DNA of 64,000 nucleotides. It comes from an uncultured Kiloniellales bacterium (lineage in GTDB: Bacteria; Actinomycetota; Acidimicrobiia; Spongiisociales; UBA5794). Below, piece by piece: positions 37,586 through 47,335 of the stretch; the stretch's first letter is position 1; every line of letters starts with the position of its first letter. Location: positions 4,986 to 68,985 of the forward strand of contig CAXMOP010000115.1 of the NCBI GenBank assembly GCA_964195155.1, given 5' to 3'. Both the position numbers and the translations under genes were made by a program. The notes under the pieces are model-generated. The model searched no databases and was not told the origin of the DNA. It was given only the letters and a program-made list of their open reading frames with translations.

Positions 37586-38821
37586 ATGTTCGATAGAGAA
37601 TTCACCTCTGTCCCCGATGGGCTCGACGACATGGAACCAAGCGTGGAGTTGGCAACCGCGCTCAATGACATCGACGTCGATCTGGTGTCGCCGCATGACC
37701 GGATCATCGTCATCCGCGCCTACGCCCGAATGGAGTCCTACTACCAGGCCCGCAAGTATCGCGCCATGGCCTCGGTCGCCGACGCCTTGGAAGAAGACGA
37801 CATGCAGCATGGCCTCGACACCGCTGCCGCCGAGATCCAAGCCGCCCTGTGTCTGACCCGCCGCGCTACCGAAACCGAACTCGGGTTCGCGTTGGATCTG
37901 TGGCATCGCCTTCCGCAGGTCTGGTCTGCGTTGGCGGCGGGGATGATCGACTACCGGAGGGCCCGGGTCATCTCCCTCGGGACGGTCCACCTCGACACCG
38001 GTGCCGCATGGGAAGTCGTCGAACGCATCTTGGAGGACGCCGGCCGGCTCACCTCCGGCGAGCTGCGGAGCCGTCTGCACCGGATGGCGATCGAAGCCGA
38101 CCCGGAGGACGCGCGGCTCCGCTACGAGGACGCCGTCAAGGAGCGGCGAGTGGTTCTCGAACCCGCCGATGACGGGACCGCCAACCTGCTCGGCCTCCAG
38201 CTGGCTCCCCATCGCGCCGCAGCTGCTTCCCGTCATGTGAACCATCTCGCCCGATCGCTGAGGACGAGGGACGAGACCCGCACCATGGATCAACTCCGCG
38301 CCGACGTCCTCATCGACCTGCTCTTGGGCAAGGCACACAGCGGCAAGAAGGCGGGAGCGGTGAATTTGCGGGTCGATCTGGAAACCCTCTCAGGCCTCGC
38401 CGAAGACGCAGGTGAGTTGAACGGCTACGGCCCGGTGATCGCCGACATCGCCCGCCAGATCGCCGCTGAAGCCGAAGATGCCGAATGGCGCTACGCCATC
38501 ACCGACCCGCACACCGGCCAATTGATCACCGACGGGACCACCCGCCGTCGCCCCACCGCCGCGTTGCGCCGCACCGTGGAGGCAAGAGATCAGACCTGTG
38601 TGTTCCCCGGCTGTCGCGTGCCCGCGGTCGACTGCGACTTCGACCACAGCACCCGATGGGCCGACGGCGGCGAAACCACAGAAGACAACGGCGCCCCCCT
38701 CTGTCGCCACAACCACATCACCAAGGACCAACTCGGTTGGAGCTACCGGCGGCTCCGTGACGGCCGCTACCGATGGCGCAGCCGACTCGGCCACACCTAT
38801 TACAGCGCCAGATCCCCATAG
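37586..38821 (+). CDS. DUF222 (REP13E12-family) HNH endonuclease
   Basis: The N-terminal DUF222 region is followed by a C-terminal HNH motif, CVFPGCRVPAVDCDFDHSTRWADGGETTEDNGAPLCRHNH. Confidence 0.8.
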   Translation: MFDREFTSVPDGLDDMEPSVELATALNDIDVDLVSPHDRIIVIRAYARMESYYQARKYRAMASVADALEEDDMQHGLDTAAAEIQAALCLTRRATETELGFALDLWHRLPQVWSALAAGMIDYRRARVISLGTVHLDTGAAWEVVERILEDAGRLTSGELRSRLHRMAIEADPEDARLRYEDAVKERRVVLEPADDGTANLLGLQLAPHRAAAASRHVNHLARSLRTRDETRTMDQLRADVLIDLLLGKAHSGKKAGAVNLRVDLETLSGLAEDAGELNGYGPVIADIARQIAAEAEDAEWRYAITDPHTGQLITDGTTRRRPTAALRRTVEARDQTCVFPGCRVPAVDCDFDHSTRWADGGETTEDNGAPLCRHNHITKDQLGWSYRRLRDGRYRWRSRLGHTYYSARSP

Positions 38822-38838
38822 TCGATCGCGCCGGCGCG

Positions 38839-39912
38839 CTACCCGACCGTGTACAGCTCGCGGTCCGACCGGTTCAACCGCTCCACGCCGTCGTCGGTGA
38901 CCGTCACGATGTCTTCGATCCGCATCCCCCAGTGACCGGGTTGGTAGATGCCCGGCTCGATGGAAAAAGCCATGCCGGAGACCAGCTCAGTGGTGTCTCC
39001 TTTGACGAGATAGGGTCGCTCGTGGGTGTCGAGGCCGATACCGTGCCCGGTGCGGTGGATGAAGAGCTCGCCGTATCCGCCGTCCTCGATCACGGTCCGA
39101 GCTGCGACATCAATGGACCCGGCGGTTACCCCCGGCTTCACCGCATCCACGGCCGATCGTTGCGCGGCGCCGAGCACCTCGTACGCCTCGGCGAACCCCC
39201 CCGGGGGGTCTCCCACCACGAACATGCGAGTGGTGTCGGATCCGTATCCATCGAGCCAGCCGCCGAAGTCAACGACAACGGCGTCGCCACGCTCGATCAT
39301 CCGGCCGGTCGGCTCGTGGTGGGGCGATGCGCCGTTTGGCCCGGAGGCGACGATGGCAAAGCCGCTCCTCTGATGGCCCGAGTCGAGCGTCATCTCGTCG
39401 ATCAGCCGCGACAGCTCGCGTTCGCTGCGCCCTGAGAACCTGGTCGCCCCCAGCCGGGCAACCACCGCGTCGGTGGCTGCACCCGCGGCGCGGAGAGACG
39501 CGATCTCGCCCTCGTCCTTCACCATGCGCAGCTCGGACATCAGCGGTTCGGCCGGTTCGAACCGCGCACCCGGCAGCCGGGTCTGCATGCCGATCAAGAA
39601 GGTTGCCCAGGTCTGGTTGCCAACGGCGACGGTGGAAGCGTTGCCGATCAGGCCAGCGAGGATCGCGATTGGATCCTCGGTCTCCGACCAGGCCCGCTTC
39701 TCCACACCGGACTCGACGCGCACCTCCTCGAGCACCGGTACCAACAGGACTGGATCACCCTCGGCGGGCAGCACCAGTGCGGTGATGCGCTCGTTCTCCA
39801 TTGCCTGGTACCCGATCAGATACGGCAGATCGGATCCAACGGTGACGACGAGGGCATCGACGCCGCGGCGAGCCATCTCCAGTCGCGCCGAAGCGATCCG
39901 GCGCTCGTTCAC
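38839..39912 (-). CDS. M24-family Xaa-Pro aminopeptidase/dipeptidase
   Basis: A pita-bread fold with HRTGHGIGLDTHE metal ligands. GTG start at 39912. Confidence 0.8.
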   Translation of the reverse strand: MNERRIASARLEMARRGVDALVVTVGSDLPYLIGYQAMENERITALVLPAEGDPVLLVPVLEEVRVESGVEKRAWSETEDPIAILAGLIGNASTVAVGNQTWATFLIGMQTRLPGARFEPAEPLMSELRMVKDEGEIASLRAAGAATDAVVARLGATRFSGRSERELSRLIDEMTLDSGHQRSGFAIVASGPNGASPHHEPTGRMIERGDAVVVDFGGWLDGYGSDTTRMFVVGDPPGGFAEAYEVLGAAQRSAVDAVKPGVTAGSIDVAARTVIEDGGYGELFIHRTGHGIGLDTHERPYLVKGDTTELVSGMAFSIEPGIYQPGHWGMRIEDIVTVTDDGVERLNRSDRELYTVG

Positions 39913-41555
39913 GTGGCCTGGGCGAGCGAGTCGCGGGCGTGATAGGAGGAACGGACCAGCGGACCGGACTCAACATGGCTGATCCCGAGAGACTCGCCGT
40001 GGCTGCGATATCTGGCGAACTCATCGGGATGGACGTAGCGATGGATCGGGCGGTGCCGCGGCGTTGGCCGGAGGTACTGGCCGATCGTGACCAGATCGAC
40101 GCCGACCGCCCGGAGGTCGGCGAGCGTCCCGAGCACCTCTTCCTCGGTCTCCCCCATCCCGACGATCAGGCCCGACTTCACCGTGCCCGCCGGGTTGAGC
40201 CACTTGGCTCTCGCCAGCAGGGTCAACGACCGTGCGTAGTTGGCGGCGGTGCGGATCTCCCGTTGCAGACGCAGCACGGTCTCGGTGTTGTGATTGAGGA
40301 CCTCGGGCTTCTCGCCGACCATGGACTCGAGAGCGTCCCGATCGCCCTTGAAGTCGGGGATCAGCACCTCGACGTCGCAGCCGGGAACGAGGTCGCGGAT
40401 CCTTCGGACCGTCTCAGCAAAGATCCCGGCGCCACCGTCGGGAAGGTCGTCGCGGTTGACCGAGGTCAATACCGCGTGACGCAATCCCATCTGCTGTATG
40501 GCCTCGGCGGCCCGCAGCGGCTCATCGACGTCGACCTCGCCGGGCTTGCCCGTGTTGACGTCGCAGAAGGAACAGGCGCGGGTGCAGGTATCACCGAGCA
40601 GCATCAAGGTCGCAGTGCCGGCCTCCCAGCACTCATAGATGTTGGGGCAACCCGCTTCCTCGCACACGGTGTTGAGCTCGAGTCCCCGCATCAGCTGCTT
40701 CAGCTCCCCGTATCCGTCAGAGCCAAGGTTTGCCCTGACCTTCATCCATTCGGGACGAGCCGGCTCGCCCGGGAGGAGGCCACCGATCAGGATCGGGGTC
40801 TCCCCACGGCCGGCCGCGGAGAACGCACCGGATGCGACCATCGCATCGACGTCGTACCGGCCGGATCGCTCGCTTGGCCGGAAGGCGCCGAGCTGTATCT
40901 CCGGCTCCACGGATCCAAAGACTGCCGCTGCGTGCGGAACCAGGGCATCGATGACGGACTCCATCGGGAGATGCTCACCGATCAGCTGGGCGATCGAGGT
41001 CACCGGCCGGTCGGCGATCCCGCATGGGACGATGTTGGAGAAGTATGCAAGGTCCGGGTCCACGTTGAGGGCAAAGCCGTGGGTTGAAACTCCCCGGGCA
41101 ACCCGAACCCCGATGGCGGCCACCTTGCCCCGCCCGGTCCACACGCCGGTCTGGCCGGCCTCGGCCCAGGCTTCGATGCCGAGATCGGCGAGGGCGGCGA
41201 TGAGCATCGCCTCGAGGCGGCGAACGTGGCCGACCATGTCCCAGCCATTTGCCAGCTTCGGGATAGCAACGATCGGGTAGCCGACGAGCTGGCCGGGGCC
41301 GTGGTACGTGATGTCGCCGCCGCGATCGACGTGGTGCAACCTGGCACCAATCGCGTCGAGGTCGGCCTCGGCGATGGTGAGATTGGATCCGTCACCGTTT
41401 CGGCCGACCGTGTAGGTATGCGGGTGCTCCAGCAGCAGCAGGTAGTCGTCCGCGGACCGACCCTCGGTTCGTCCCTCCCAGAACGCACGCTGCAGGTCCC
41501 ATGCCTCGTCGTACTCGACGCGGCCGAGCCACCGCACACGGAGGCGGTGGCTCAT
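39909..41555 (-). CDS. In-frame fusion of octanoyltransferase LipB (N-terminal, about 238 aa) and lipoyl synthase LipA (C-terminal, about 310 aa)
   Basis: ATG at 41555 forms an ATGA overlap with the E2 gene stop. The LipB catalytic region includes TYHGPGQLVGYPI and the catalytic C of ...VPCGI. LipA then follows with RPEWMKV, the [4Fe-4S] triad CEEAGCPNIYEC and the radical-SAM triad CTRACSFC. There is no stop codon between the two halves. Confidence 0.8.
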   Translation of the reverse strand: MSHRLRVRWLGRVEYDEAWDLQRAFWEGRTEGRSADDYLLLLEHPHTYTVGRNGDGSNLTIAEADLDAIGARLHHVDRGGDITYHGPGQLVGYPIVAIPKLANGWDMVGHVRRLEAMLIAALADLGIEAWAEAGQTGVWTGRGKVAAIGVRVARGVSTHGFALNVDPDLAYFSNIVPCGIADRPVTSIAQLIGEHLPMESVIDALVPHAAAVFGSVEPEIQLGAFRPSERSGRYDVDAMVASGAFSAAGRGETPILIGGLLPGEPARPEWMKVRANLGSDGYGELKQLMRGLELNTVCEEAGCPNIYECWEAGTATLMLLGDTCTRACSFCDVNTGKPGEVDVDEPLRAAEAIQQMGLRHAVLTSVNRDDLPDGGAGIFAETVRRIRDLVPGCDVEVLIPDFKGDRDALESMVGEKPEVLNHNTETVLRLQREIRTAANYARSLTLLARAKWLNPAGTVKSGLIVGMGETEEEVLGTLADLRAVGVDLVTIGQYLRPTPRHRPIHRYVHPDEFARYRSHGESLGISHVESGPLVRSSYHARDSLAQAT

Positions 41556-43048
41556 CGCAGTTCCTGTTCCCAATCCCAGGATTCGAGGTTCCGCTTGATT
41601 TGGGCGAGGAACAGCACCGCCGTCGAGCCGTCGAATGCCCGGTGGTCCCAGCTGAGCCCGAGATACCCGATGTGACGAATGGCAACGGTGTCGGTGCCGT
41701 CGGGAAGGGTCACCACAACCGGGCGCTTCACCACGGTGTCGGTGGACAGGATGGCGACGTTTGGCTGGTTGATGATCGGTGCGCTCATGAACGAGCCGAA
41801 CGGCCCCGGGTTGGTGATCGTGAACGTGCTGGTGGAAAGATCCTCCGGATGGAGCTTCCCGGCGCGGGCGCGTTCCGCAACACCGCGGATGTCCCGGGCA
41901 AGGCCGGTGAGGCTGCCCGAGTCGGCCTCAGGGAGGGTCAGGACGATGAGCCCTCCCTGACTGAGGTCGACGGCGATGCCGAGGTCAACGCCGCTGTGGA
42001 ACGTCTGTGTGCCCGCTTCGAGGTCGAACGAGCTGTTCACCGCCGGGTAGGCGCCGAGGGCATCGATCGTCGCCCGCGAGATGAACGGGAGGTAGGTGAG
42101 CGAGAAACCCTCGGTTTCCTTGAAACGCGGCCCGTGCCCTTGACGGGCTCGGGCGACCGACTCGAAATCCACCTCGACCGAGGTCCACACGTGAGCCGAA
42201 GTTTGCTTCGAGGCGATCATGTGCTCTGCCGTGACGCGACGGATCTTCGTCATCGGTGTGACCCCGCCGGCCTCGTCGGCCGTAGGCGCCGCCGCGTCGG
42301 CCGCGGGCACGACCAGTTCGGCCGCTGGTGGCTCTGCTCGCTCCTGGGGCTCGACGGCGACCGCAACCACCGGCTCCTCGACAATCACTTTGGTCGTTGC
42401 GGCCACTGCGCCCGTGGCAACGAATGCCTCAACATCCTTTCGGGTGATCCGGCCACCGGTGCCGGTGCCGACAACCTGATCGAGGTCCACGCCGTTGTCG
42501 GCGGCGAGCTTCCGCACCACCGGCGAGAGCTGCGCCCGTCGTGAGTCGTCGCCTGCAACAGCGGTCGTCGCGGCGGCTGCGGCGACGGGGACGGCCGGTT
42601 GGACGGGAGCCGACTCGGCCGGCGTCGATGCCACCGCGTCGGAGGACTCGGGCGGCGGTCGCTCGGTACCCGTTGGCCCCTGCTGCGACCACACCGCGCC
42701 CGCGCCGGCCGGTGCCTGGGCGGCGACCGGCTGTGGCGAAGGGGCCTCTTCGGGGGCTGCTTCCGCTGCTGGCTCCGTCACCGGTTCTTCCGCCGCCCCC
42801 GGCTCCTCGTCGGCGCCGGTGATGACGACGATCTCGGTACCGACCTCGACCGTTTCGCCCTCCTGGACGAGGATCTGCTCGATGACGCCGGCTACCGGCG
42901 ACGGCATCTCGGTGTCGACCTTGTCGGTGGAGATCTCGACGAGAACCTCATCGATGGCGATCTCGTCGCCGACCTGCTTCGCCCAGGAAAGGATGGTGCC
43001 CTCGGTGACCGTTTCACCGAGTTGGGGCATCGTGACCGTCACTGCCAT
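41552..43048 (-). CDS. Dihydrolipoyllysine-residue acyltransferase (E2 of a 2-oxo-acid dehydrogenase complex; DlaT/SucB-like)
   Basis: ATG at 43048, 9 nt after GGAGGAG. A single lipoyl domain (EISTDKVDTE) is followed by an Ala/Pro linker, a PSBD and a catalytic domain with the DHRAFDG motif. Confidence 0.85.
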   Translation of the reverse strand: MAVTVTMPQLGETVTEGTILSWAKQVGDEIAIDEVLVEISTDKVDTEMPSPVAGVIEQILVQEGETVEVGTEIVVITGADEEPGAAEEPVTEPAAEAAPEEAPSPQPVAAQAPAGAGAVWSQQGPTGTERPPPESSDAVASTPAESAPVQPAVPVAAAAATTAVAGDDSRRAQLSPVVRKLAADNGVDLDQVVGTGTGGRITRKDVEAFVATGAVAATTKVIVEEPVVAVAVEPQERAEPPAAELVVPAADAAAPTADEAGGVTPMTKIRRVTAEHMIASKQTSAHVWTSVEVDFESVARARQGHGPRFKETEGFSLTYLPFISRATIDALGAYPAVNSSFDLEAGTQTFHSGVDLGIAVDLSQGGLIVLTLPEADSGSLTGLARDIRGVAERARAGKLHPEDLSTSTFTITNPGPFGSFMSAPIINQPNVAILSTDTVVKRPVVVTLPDGTDTVAIRHIGYLGLSWDHRAFDGSTAVLFLAQIKRNLESWDWEQELR

Positions 43049-43089
43049 CGGAAAGCGTCTCCTCCGTACGTGTTCAGTTTTCTGTTGTG

Positions 43090-44508
43090 CTAGTGCAGCG
43101 GTCGACCGGCGGCGGCCATCAACGTCTCGCCGATCGCCTCGGATACGGTCGGGTGGGCATGAATAAACGCCGCGGCCTCGGCCGGCACGGCCTCCCATCC
43201 AACAACGTACATCAACTCGTGAATGATCTCGCCGGCCAGGGGATCCACGACGGTGGCGCCAAGCACCGGGCCGTTCTTCTCTGCCACGATCTTGACCGTT
43301 CCTCCGGTCTCGTTGTGAATGATCGCCCGGGCGAGCCCCCGCATGCCGTGCTCGGTGGTCTCTACGTCGTGCCCGAGCGCGATCGCCTCCTCCTCGGTCA
43401 GCCCGACCGAGGCAACTTCGGGCTGCGAGTAGACGATCATCGGAATGGCCCGGTAATTGATTGCATCGCTCGCTCCGGTGGCGATGTGGGTGATCGCCGC
43501 CATCCCCTCGGCGAACCCGACATGGGCGAGCTGCGCGGTGCCGGCGACGATGTCACCGATCGCATAAATCCGGGGATTCGCAGTCTGCATCGTCGTCTCA
43601 TCCACCACGATGAAACCGCTGTCAATCGTCACGCCCGCATCCTCGAGACCGATGTTCGACGTCACCGGTTTGCGCCCAACCGCGACCAGGACGACATCGA
43701 CCGTGACCGCGTCGTCTGCGAATGGGACCGATACTTCTGAGCCCTTGATCTCGGCGGGCCCGACCGCGGTGCCGGTCCTAATGGCGACGCCCTTTCGTTT
43801 GAGGGCTCTGCTCAACGCCTTTGCCGCCTCGGGCTCCATGCCCGGCAGTACCTGGTCCTCCATCTCGAAAAGGTGGACCTCGCTGCCGACGTCGGCGAGC
43901 AACGAGGCGAATTCGATCCCAATGGCACCGGCGCCGATCACCGCTACCCGACGGGGCTGATCCATCCAGTCCAGCGCTTCGTCGCTGGTGACGATCCATT
44001 CGCCGTCGATGTCGTAGCCGGGAATCGCCCCGGGAACCGACCCGGTGGCAACGATGATGTGCTTGGCCTCGAGCGTCGTATTCTCGCCATCGGCGAGCGC
44101 AACGTGGACCTGGCCGTCGACGATCCGCCCGAACCCATCGAGGATGTCAACCCCGCGGGCCTTGAGCAGGCCCGTAAGACCCTTCACCAGCCCGTCGACC
44201 ACGCCGTTCTTCCGTTCGAGCGCGGCTCGCCAGTCGAGTTTCGGCTCGCCGGCCTGCACGCCGAACGTGTCGGCGGTGGCCACCGTGTGAAAGACGTGGG
44301 CGGTCTCGAGCCAGCTCTTGGCCGGAATACAACCTCGGACCAGGCAGGTGCCCCCCACCGTGTCCTTCTCGACGAGTGCGACGGAAAGCCCGAAGTTGTG
44401 CGCATACAGGGCCGCCGCGTAGCCGCCGGGGCCTCCGCCGATGATCACCACGTCGTACAACAGACCTCCACGGAGCGACGACTTGAGGTTAGTGGAGGGA
44501 GTGGCCAT
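43090..44508 (-). CDS. lpd: Dihydrolipoyl dehydrogenase (E3)
   Basis: GGGPGGY FAD motif, the GTCLVRGCIPAK redox disulfide and a C-terminal HAHPT interface motif. The exact start is uncertain: ATG at 44508, or TTG about 14 codons downstream. Confidence 0.85.
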   Translation of the reverse strand: MATPSTNLKSSLRGGLLYDVVIIGGGPGGYAAALYAHNFGLSVALVEKDTVGGTCLVRGCIPAKSWLETAHVFHTVATADTFGVQAGEPKLDWRAALERKNGVVDGLVKGLTGLLKARGVDILDGFGRIVDGQVHVALADGENTTLEAKHIIVATGSVPGAIPGYDIDGEWIVTSDEALDWMDQPRRVAVIGAGAIGIEFASLLADVGSEVHLFEMEDQVLPGMEPEAAKALSRALKRKGVAIRTGTAVGPAEIKGSEVSVPFADDAVTVDVVLVAVGRKPVTSNIGLEDAGVTIDSGFIVVDETTMQTANPRIYAIGDIVAGTAQLAHVGFAEGMAAITHIATGASDAINYRAIPMIVYSQPEVASVGLTEEEAIALGHDVETTEHGMRGLARAIIHNETGGTVKIVAEKNGPVLGATVVDPLAGEIIHELMYVVGWEAVPAEAAAFIHAHPTVSEAIGETLMAAAGRPLH

Positions 44509-44595
44509 GCTTGTTTGGCTATGCAGACCCGCTACCTGATCCTTGCCTCGTTGATCACCGGTCTCGCCATCCTGATCGCCGCCGCGCTGTGGTTC

Positions 44596-45420
44596 TCAGG
44601 AATCTGATCCGATCCCCAGCAGCCGCTCGGCGTTCTCATAGAGCACCCGGTGCCTCAGCCGATCATCCGCCAGCTCCCACTCCTTGAGTTGCTCGTCGAG
44701 ATCGGCAAACGCCCAGCCGCTGCCGAACAGCGCCTTGTCGGTGTCGAGCATTGAGGCTGAATCGTCGAACACCGTGGCGTATTCGGCGGCGGGCGCCCCG
44801 ATCAGGCTGAGCCACACGTTCTGTTTGTGCGAGGCAACCGCAAGCGCCTCCTGGCGCCACAGCCCTCCGTTGTGGGCCATCACGACTCTCAGGTCCGGAT
44901 ACAGGGAAGCGACCACGTCGACACCCCGGGGGTCGCCGTGGGAGAGTCGCAGCCCAGCGCCACCCGGCAGGCCGCGCCCCAGGCGCGAGATGCCGGTGTG
45001 GAACAGCACGATCAGACCGTGGTCGGAGGCGTTTGCCCACAGCGTGTGGGTCGAGCGCTCGGCCGGGTCGAAGGCCTGAGCCACCGGGTCGAAGGCCAAC
45101 CCGGCAAGGCCGAGGCGCGCCGCCTCGTGGACGCCTGCCACCGCCTTTGCCCCCATCGCCGGGTCTACCGAGCCGAAGCCGATGAAGATCGATTGATCCG
45201 AGGCAACGATCTCTGCCACGTCCTCGCTCGAGAACGGGCGGTGCCGTGTCGTTGAAACGGTGTCAAGGCCAAGAATCACTGCTCTGCCGTCGCGCCGGCG
45301 ATAGTGGTCGGCCACGTCCACGGCGGTCAGGACATCCAGGCCGACGTCGAATGGTGCCACCGGGCCTTCGACGAATTCGGCGACCGGCGGATGCACATGG
45401 AAGTCGATGAAGGTCCTCAA
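44596..45420 (-). CDS. Amidohydrolase-2 family metal-dependent hydrolase (TIM barrel)
   Basis: The N-terminal IDFHVH motif is present. TTG start. Confidence 0.7.
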   Translation of the reverse strand: MRTFIDFHVHPPVAEFVEGPVAPFDVGLDVLTAVDVADHYRRRDGRAVILGLDTVSTTRHRPFSSEDVAEIVASDQSIFIGFGSVDPAMGAKAVAGVHEAARLGLAGLAFDPVAQAFDPAERSTHTLWANASDHGLIVLFHTGISRLGRGLPGGAGLRLSHGDPRGVDVVASLYPDLRVVMAHNGGLWRQEALAVASHKQNVWLSLIGAPAAEYATVFDDSASMLDTDKALFGSGWAFADLDEQLKEWELADDRLRHRVLYENAERLLGIGSDS

Positions 45421-45620
45421 GAGTGCCGGAACCCGCGATTTCGTGCCTCCGCTGCGGTGTCGGGGCTGAAGGACTGGAGGCCGTTGTGCTTTACCAGCGC
45501 ATCGCGCTCGACGCGGTCGCTCAAGACCGCGTAATCGGCGTCGTCGTCGCAGTCGAACAGCTCCATGTCATCGCGGGTGCCGATGAATCGGTGCTCGGCA
45601 AACGTGCTCAGGCGGGCCAT
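45417..45620 (-). CDS. Small hypothetical protein (67 aa)
   Basis: The ORF fills a 200-nt gap with a 4-nt overlap to the next start. It has no Shine-Dalgarno sequence and weak support. Confidence 0.3.
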   Translation of the reverse strand: MARLSTFAEHRFIGTRDDMELFDCDDDADYAVLSDRVERDALVKHNGLQSFSPDTAAEARNRGFRHS

Positions 45621-45642
45621 GACCGCGGACGATAGCGCCGCC

Positions 45643-46044
45643 CTAGTCTTGACCCGCCTGCTCGCCGACCGCGCCGAGCTCGGCGAGATATGCGGCTTGC
45701 AGGTCGAGCACCGCGAAGATCACCGACGGCTCGTACCCGTACCCCTGTTCGATGGCCCGCTCCTGGGCATATGCGGCAGCGTCGACTCCTGCAACGATTG
45801 CCGCACCCTCTCGATGGTCCGGGCGTTGCAGATAGTGCATCTCCCACTCGAGGATGCGACGCACATCACCACGCCCGACTTCCGCCTTGGTCGATTTGCT
45901 CAGGCCGTTCCACACGAAGTCGAGCGCGTCCTCGACGCTGTAGACGATTGCCACCTCACTCGGAGTGCGCTCCTGGAGCAAGAGCCCGACCCCGAAGATC
46001 ACCAGAACAGCAACCAGAGCAAGCAGCAGGAGGAGTGGAGCCAT
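45643..46044 (-). CDS. Hypothetical membrane-anchored protein
   Basis: An N-terminal TM helix (MAPLLLLLALVAVLVIFGVGLLL) is followed by a soluble domain. ATG at 46044. Confidence 0.5.
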   Translation of the reverse strand: MAPLLLLLALVAVLVIFGVGLLLQERTPSEVAIVYSVEDALDFVWNGLSKSTKAEVGRGDVRRILEWEMHYLQRPDHREGAAIVAGVDAAAYAQERAIEQGYGYEPSVIFAVLDLQAAYLAELGAVGEQAGQD

Positions 46045-46096
46045 CTGGGCAGCGTACCGACCGCCAAATCGTGTGTAGTGCTACCTTTCCGCCGCG

Positions 46097-46684
46097 ATGA
46101 CCCTGGAAACGCTGAGTCTCTTCTTCGCCCTCCTCGCGATCGCGGCAACCGCCGCAACGATCGGGATCGTCGGCATTGGACTCGCCGGCACCACCAGGGT
46201 CGGCGCCCCCCTAAGGCATACGGTGTTCTCCGCGTTCCAGGGGCTCGAACTGTGGCTGGCGTTTGCAGTGGCAGCGACCGCAACCCTCGCAAGCCTCTAC
46301 CTGTCAGAGGTCGCACACCTCATCCCGTGCACCCTCTGCTGGTACCAGCGCATCGCCATGTATCCGTTGGCGGTGATCCTCCTGATCGCTGCCATCCGCG
46401 CCGACCACCGCATCAGGATCTATGCGGCAACGCTGGCCACGATCGGCGCCGGCATCTCGCTGTACCACCGCTTCATCCAGGCGTTCCCGGACCTGGAGGG
46501 CGGAACCTCGTGCGACCCCAACGCACCGTGCACCGCCGCCTACGTTGAGATCTTCGAGTTCATCACGATCCCCACCATGGCGCTGAGCGGATTCCTGTTC
46601 ATCCTCGCCCTGCTGTGGCTTGATCGATTCAATACCCCGGCCGATCCACCATCATTGACCGCCAACGAGCCGGAGAAGCCATGA
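46097..46684 (+). CDS. DsbB/BdbC-family disulfide bond formation protein
   Basis: 4 TM helices with the CTLCWYQR redox pair and a second Cys pair in a periplasmic loop. Confidence 0.7.
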   Translation: MTLETLSLFFALLAIAATAATIGIVGIGLAGTTRVGAPLRHTVFSAFQGLELWLAFAVAATATLASLYLSEVAHLIPCTLCWYQRIAMYPLAVILLIAAIRADHRIRIYAATLATIGAGISLYHRFIQAFPDLEGGTSCDPNAPCTAAYVEIFEFITIPTMALSGFLFILALLWLDRFNTPADPPSLTANEPEKP

Positions 46685-47286
46685 CACAAAAGAAGACGTT
46701 TTCGATCAAGACCCTGCTGATCGCAACCGGAGGCGTGCTGATCGTCGCACTGCTGGTGGGCGCCGTCCTGTTCGGCGGCAGCACCGAGCAGACCGGCTCC
46801 CCCGAGGTGTCGGGAATCCTGCCCCCCATGCCGGCCAGCGTTCGCGCCGACCAGACGGCGACGGGCAGCGAAGCCCCGACCGTGGTGGGCGCCGACTTCG
46901 ACGGCAACGAGGTCTCGATCCAGAACGACGGGCGACCGAAAGCCATCGTGTTCCTGGCACATTGGTGCCCGCACTGCCAGGCCGAGGTCCCCTCGGTGCA
47001 GGCGTGGCTCGACGCCACCGGCGGGGTCGAGGGCGTCGACATGTATTCGGTGGCCACCGCAGTCAACTCGAGCCGGGGAAACTACCCGCCATCGGACTGG
47101 CTGAGCAACGAAGGCTGGTCGGTCCCGGTGATCCGCGACGACGCCAACAGCTCCGTCCTGGTCGCCCATGGCAACGGCGGGTTCCCGTTCTGGGTGTTCA
47201 CCAACTCCGACGGCACGGTTGCGCTGCGGATTGCCGGCGAGCTCCCCATCGCGGACCTGGAACAGATCATGGGAGGGCTCACCTAA
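46681..47286 (+). CDS. TlpA/ResA-like secreted thioredoxin (WCPHC)
   Basis: An ATGA overlap with dsbB. A signal/TM anchor is followed by HWCPHCQAE. Confidence 0.75.
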   Translation: MTQKKTFSIKTLLIATGGVLIVALLVGAVLFGGSTEQTGSPEVSGILPPMPASVRADQTATGSEAPTVVGADFDGNEVSIQNDGRPKAIVFLAHWCPHCQAEVPSVQAWLDATGGVEGVDMYSVATAVNSSRGNYPPSDWLSNEGWSVPVIRDDANSSVLVAHGNGGFPFWVFTNSDGTVALRIAGELPIADLEQIMGGLT

Positions 47287-47335
47287 GTCCAGGGTCCGAA
47301 CTCCCGACTCTCGACTCTCATTAGGCTCTCGCTCC
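47287..47335. repeat. Heptamer array GACTCTC GACTCTC ... preceded by AGTCCAG GGTCCGA
   Basis: Directly visible between tlpA-like and the LLM oxidoreductase gene. Confidence 0.8.

Noticed and set aside
40800-40870. Separate lipA gene starting at the internal ATG (MVASGAF...)
   Set aside because: No stop codon terminates lipB upstream of it, and the frame is continuous. It is therefore treated as a fusion. Internal initiation cannot be excluded but is not required.
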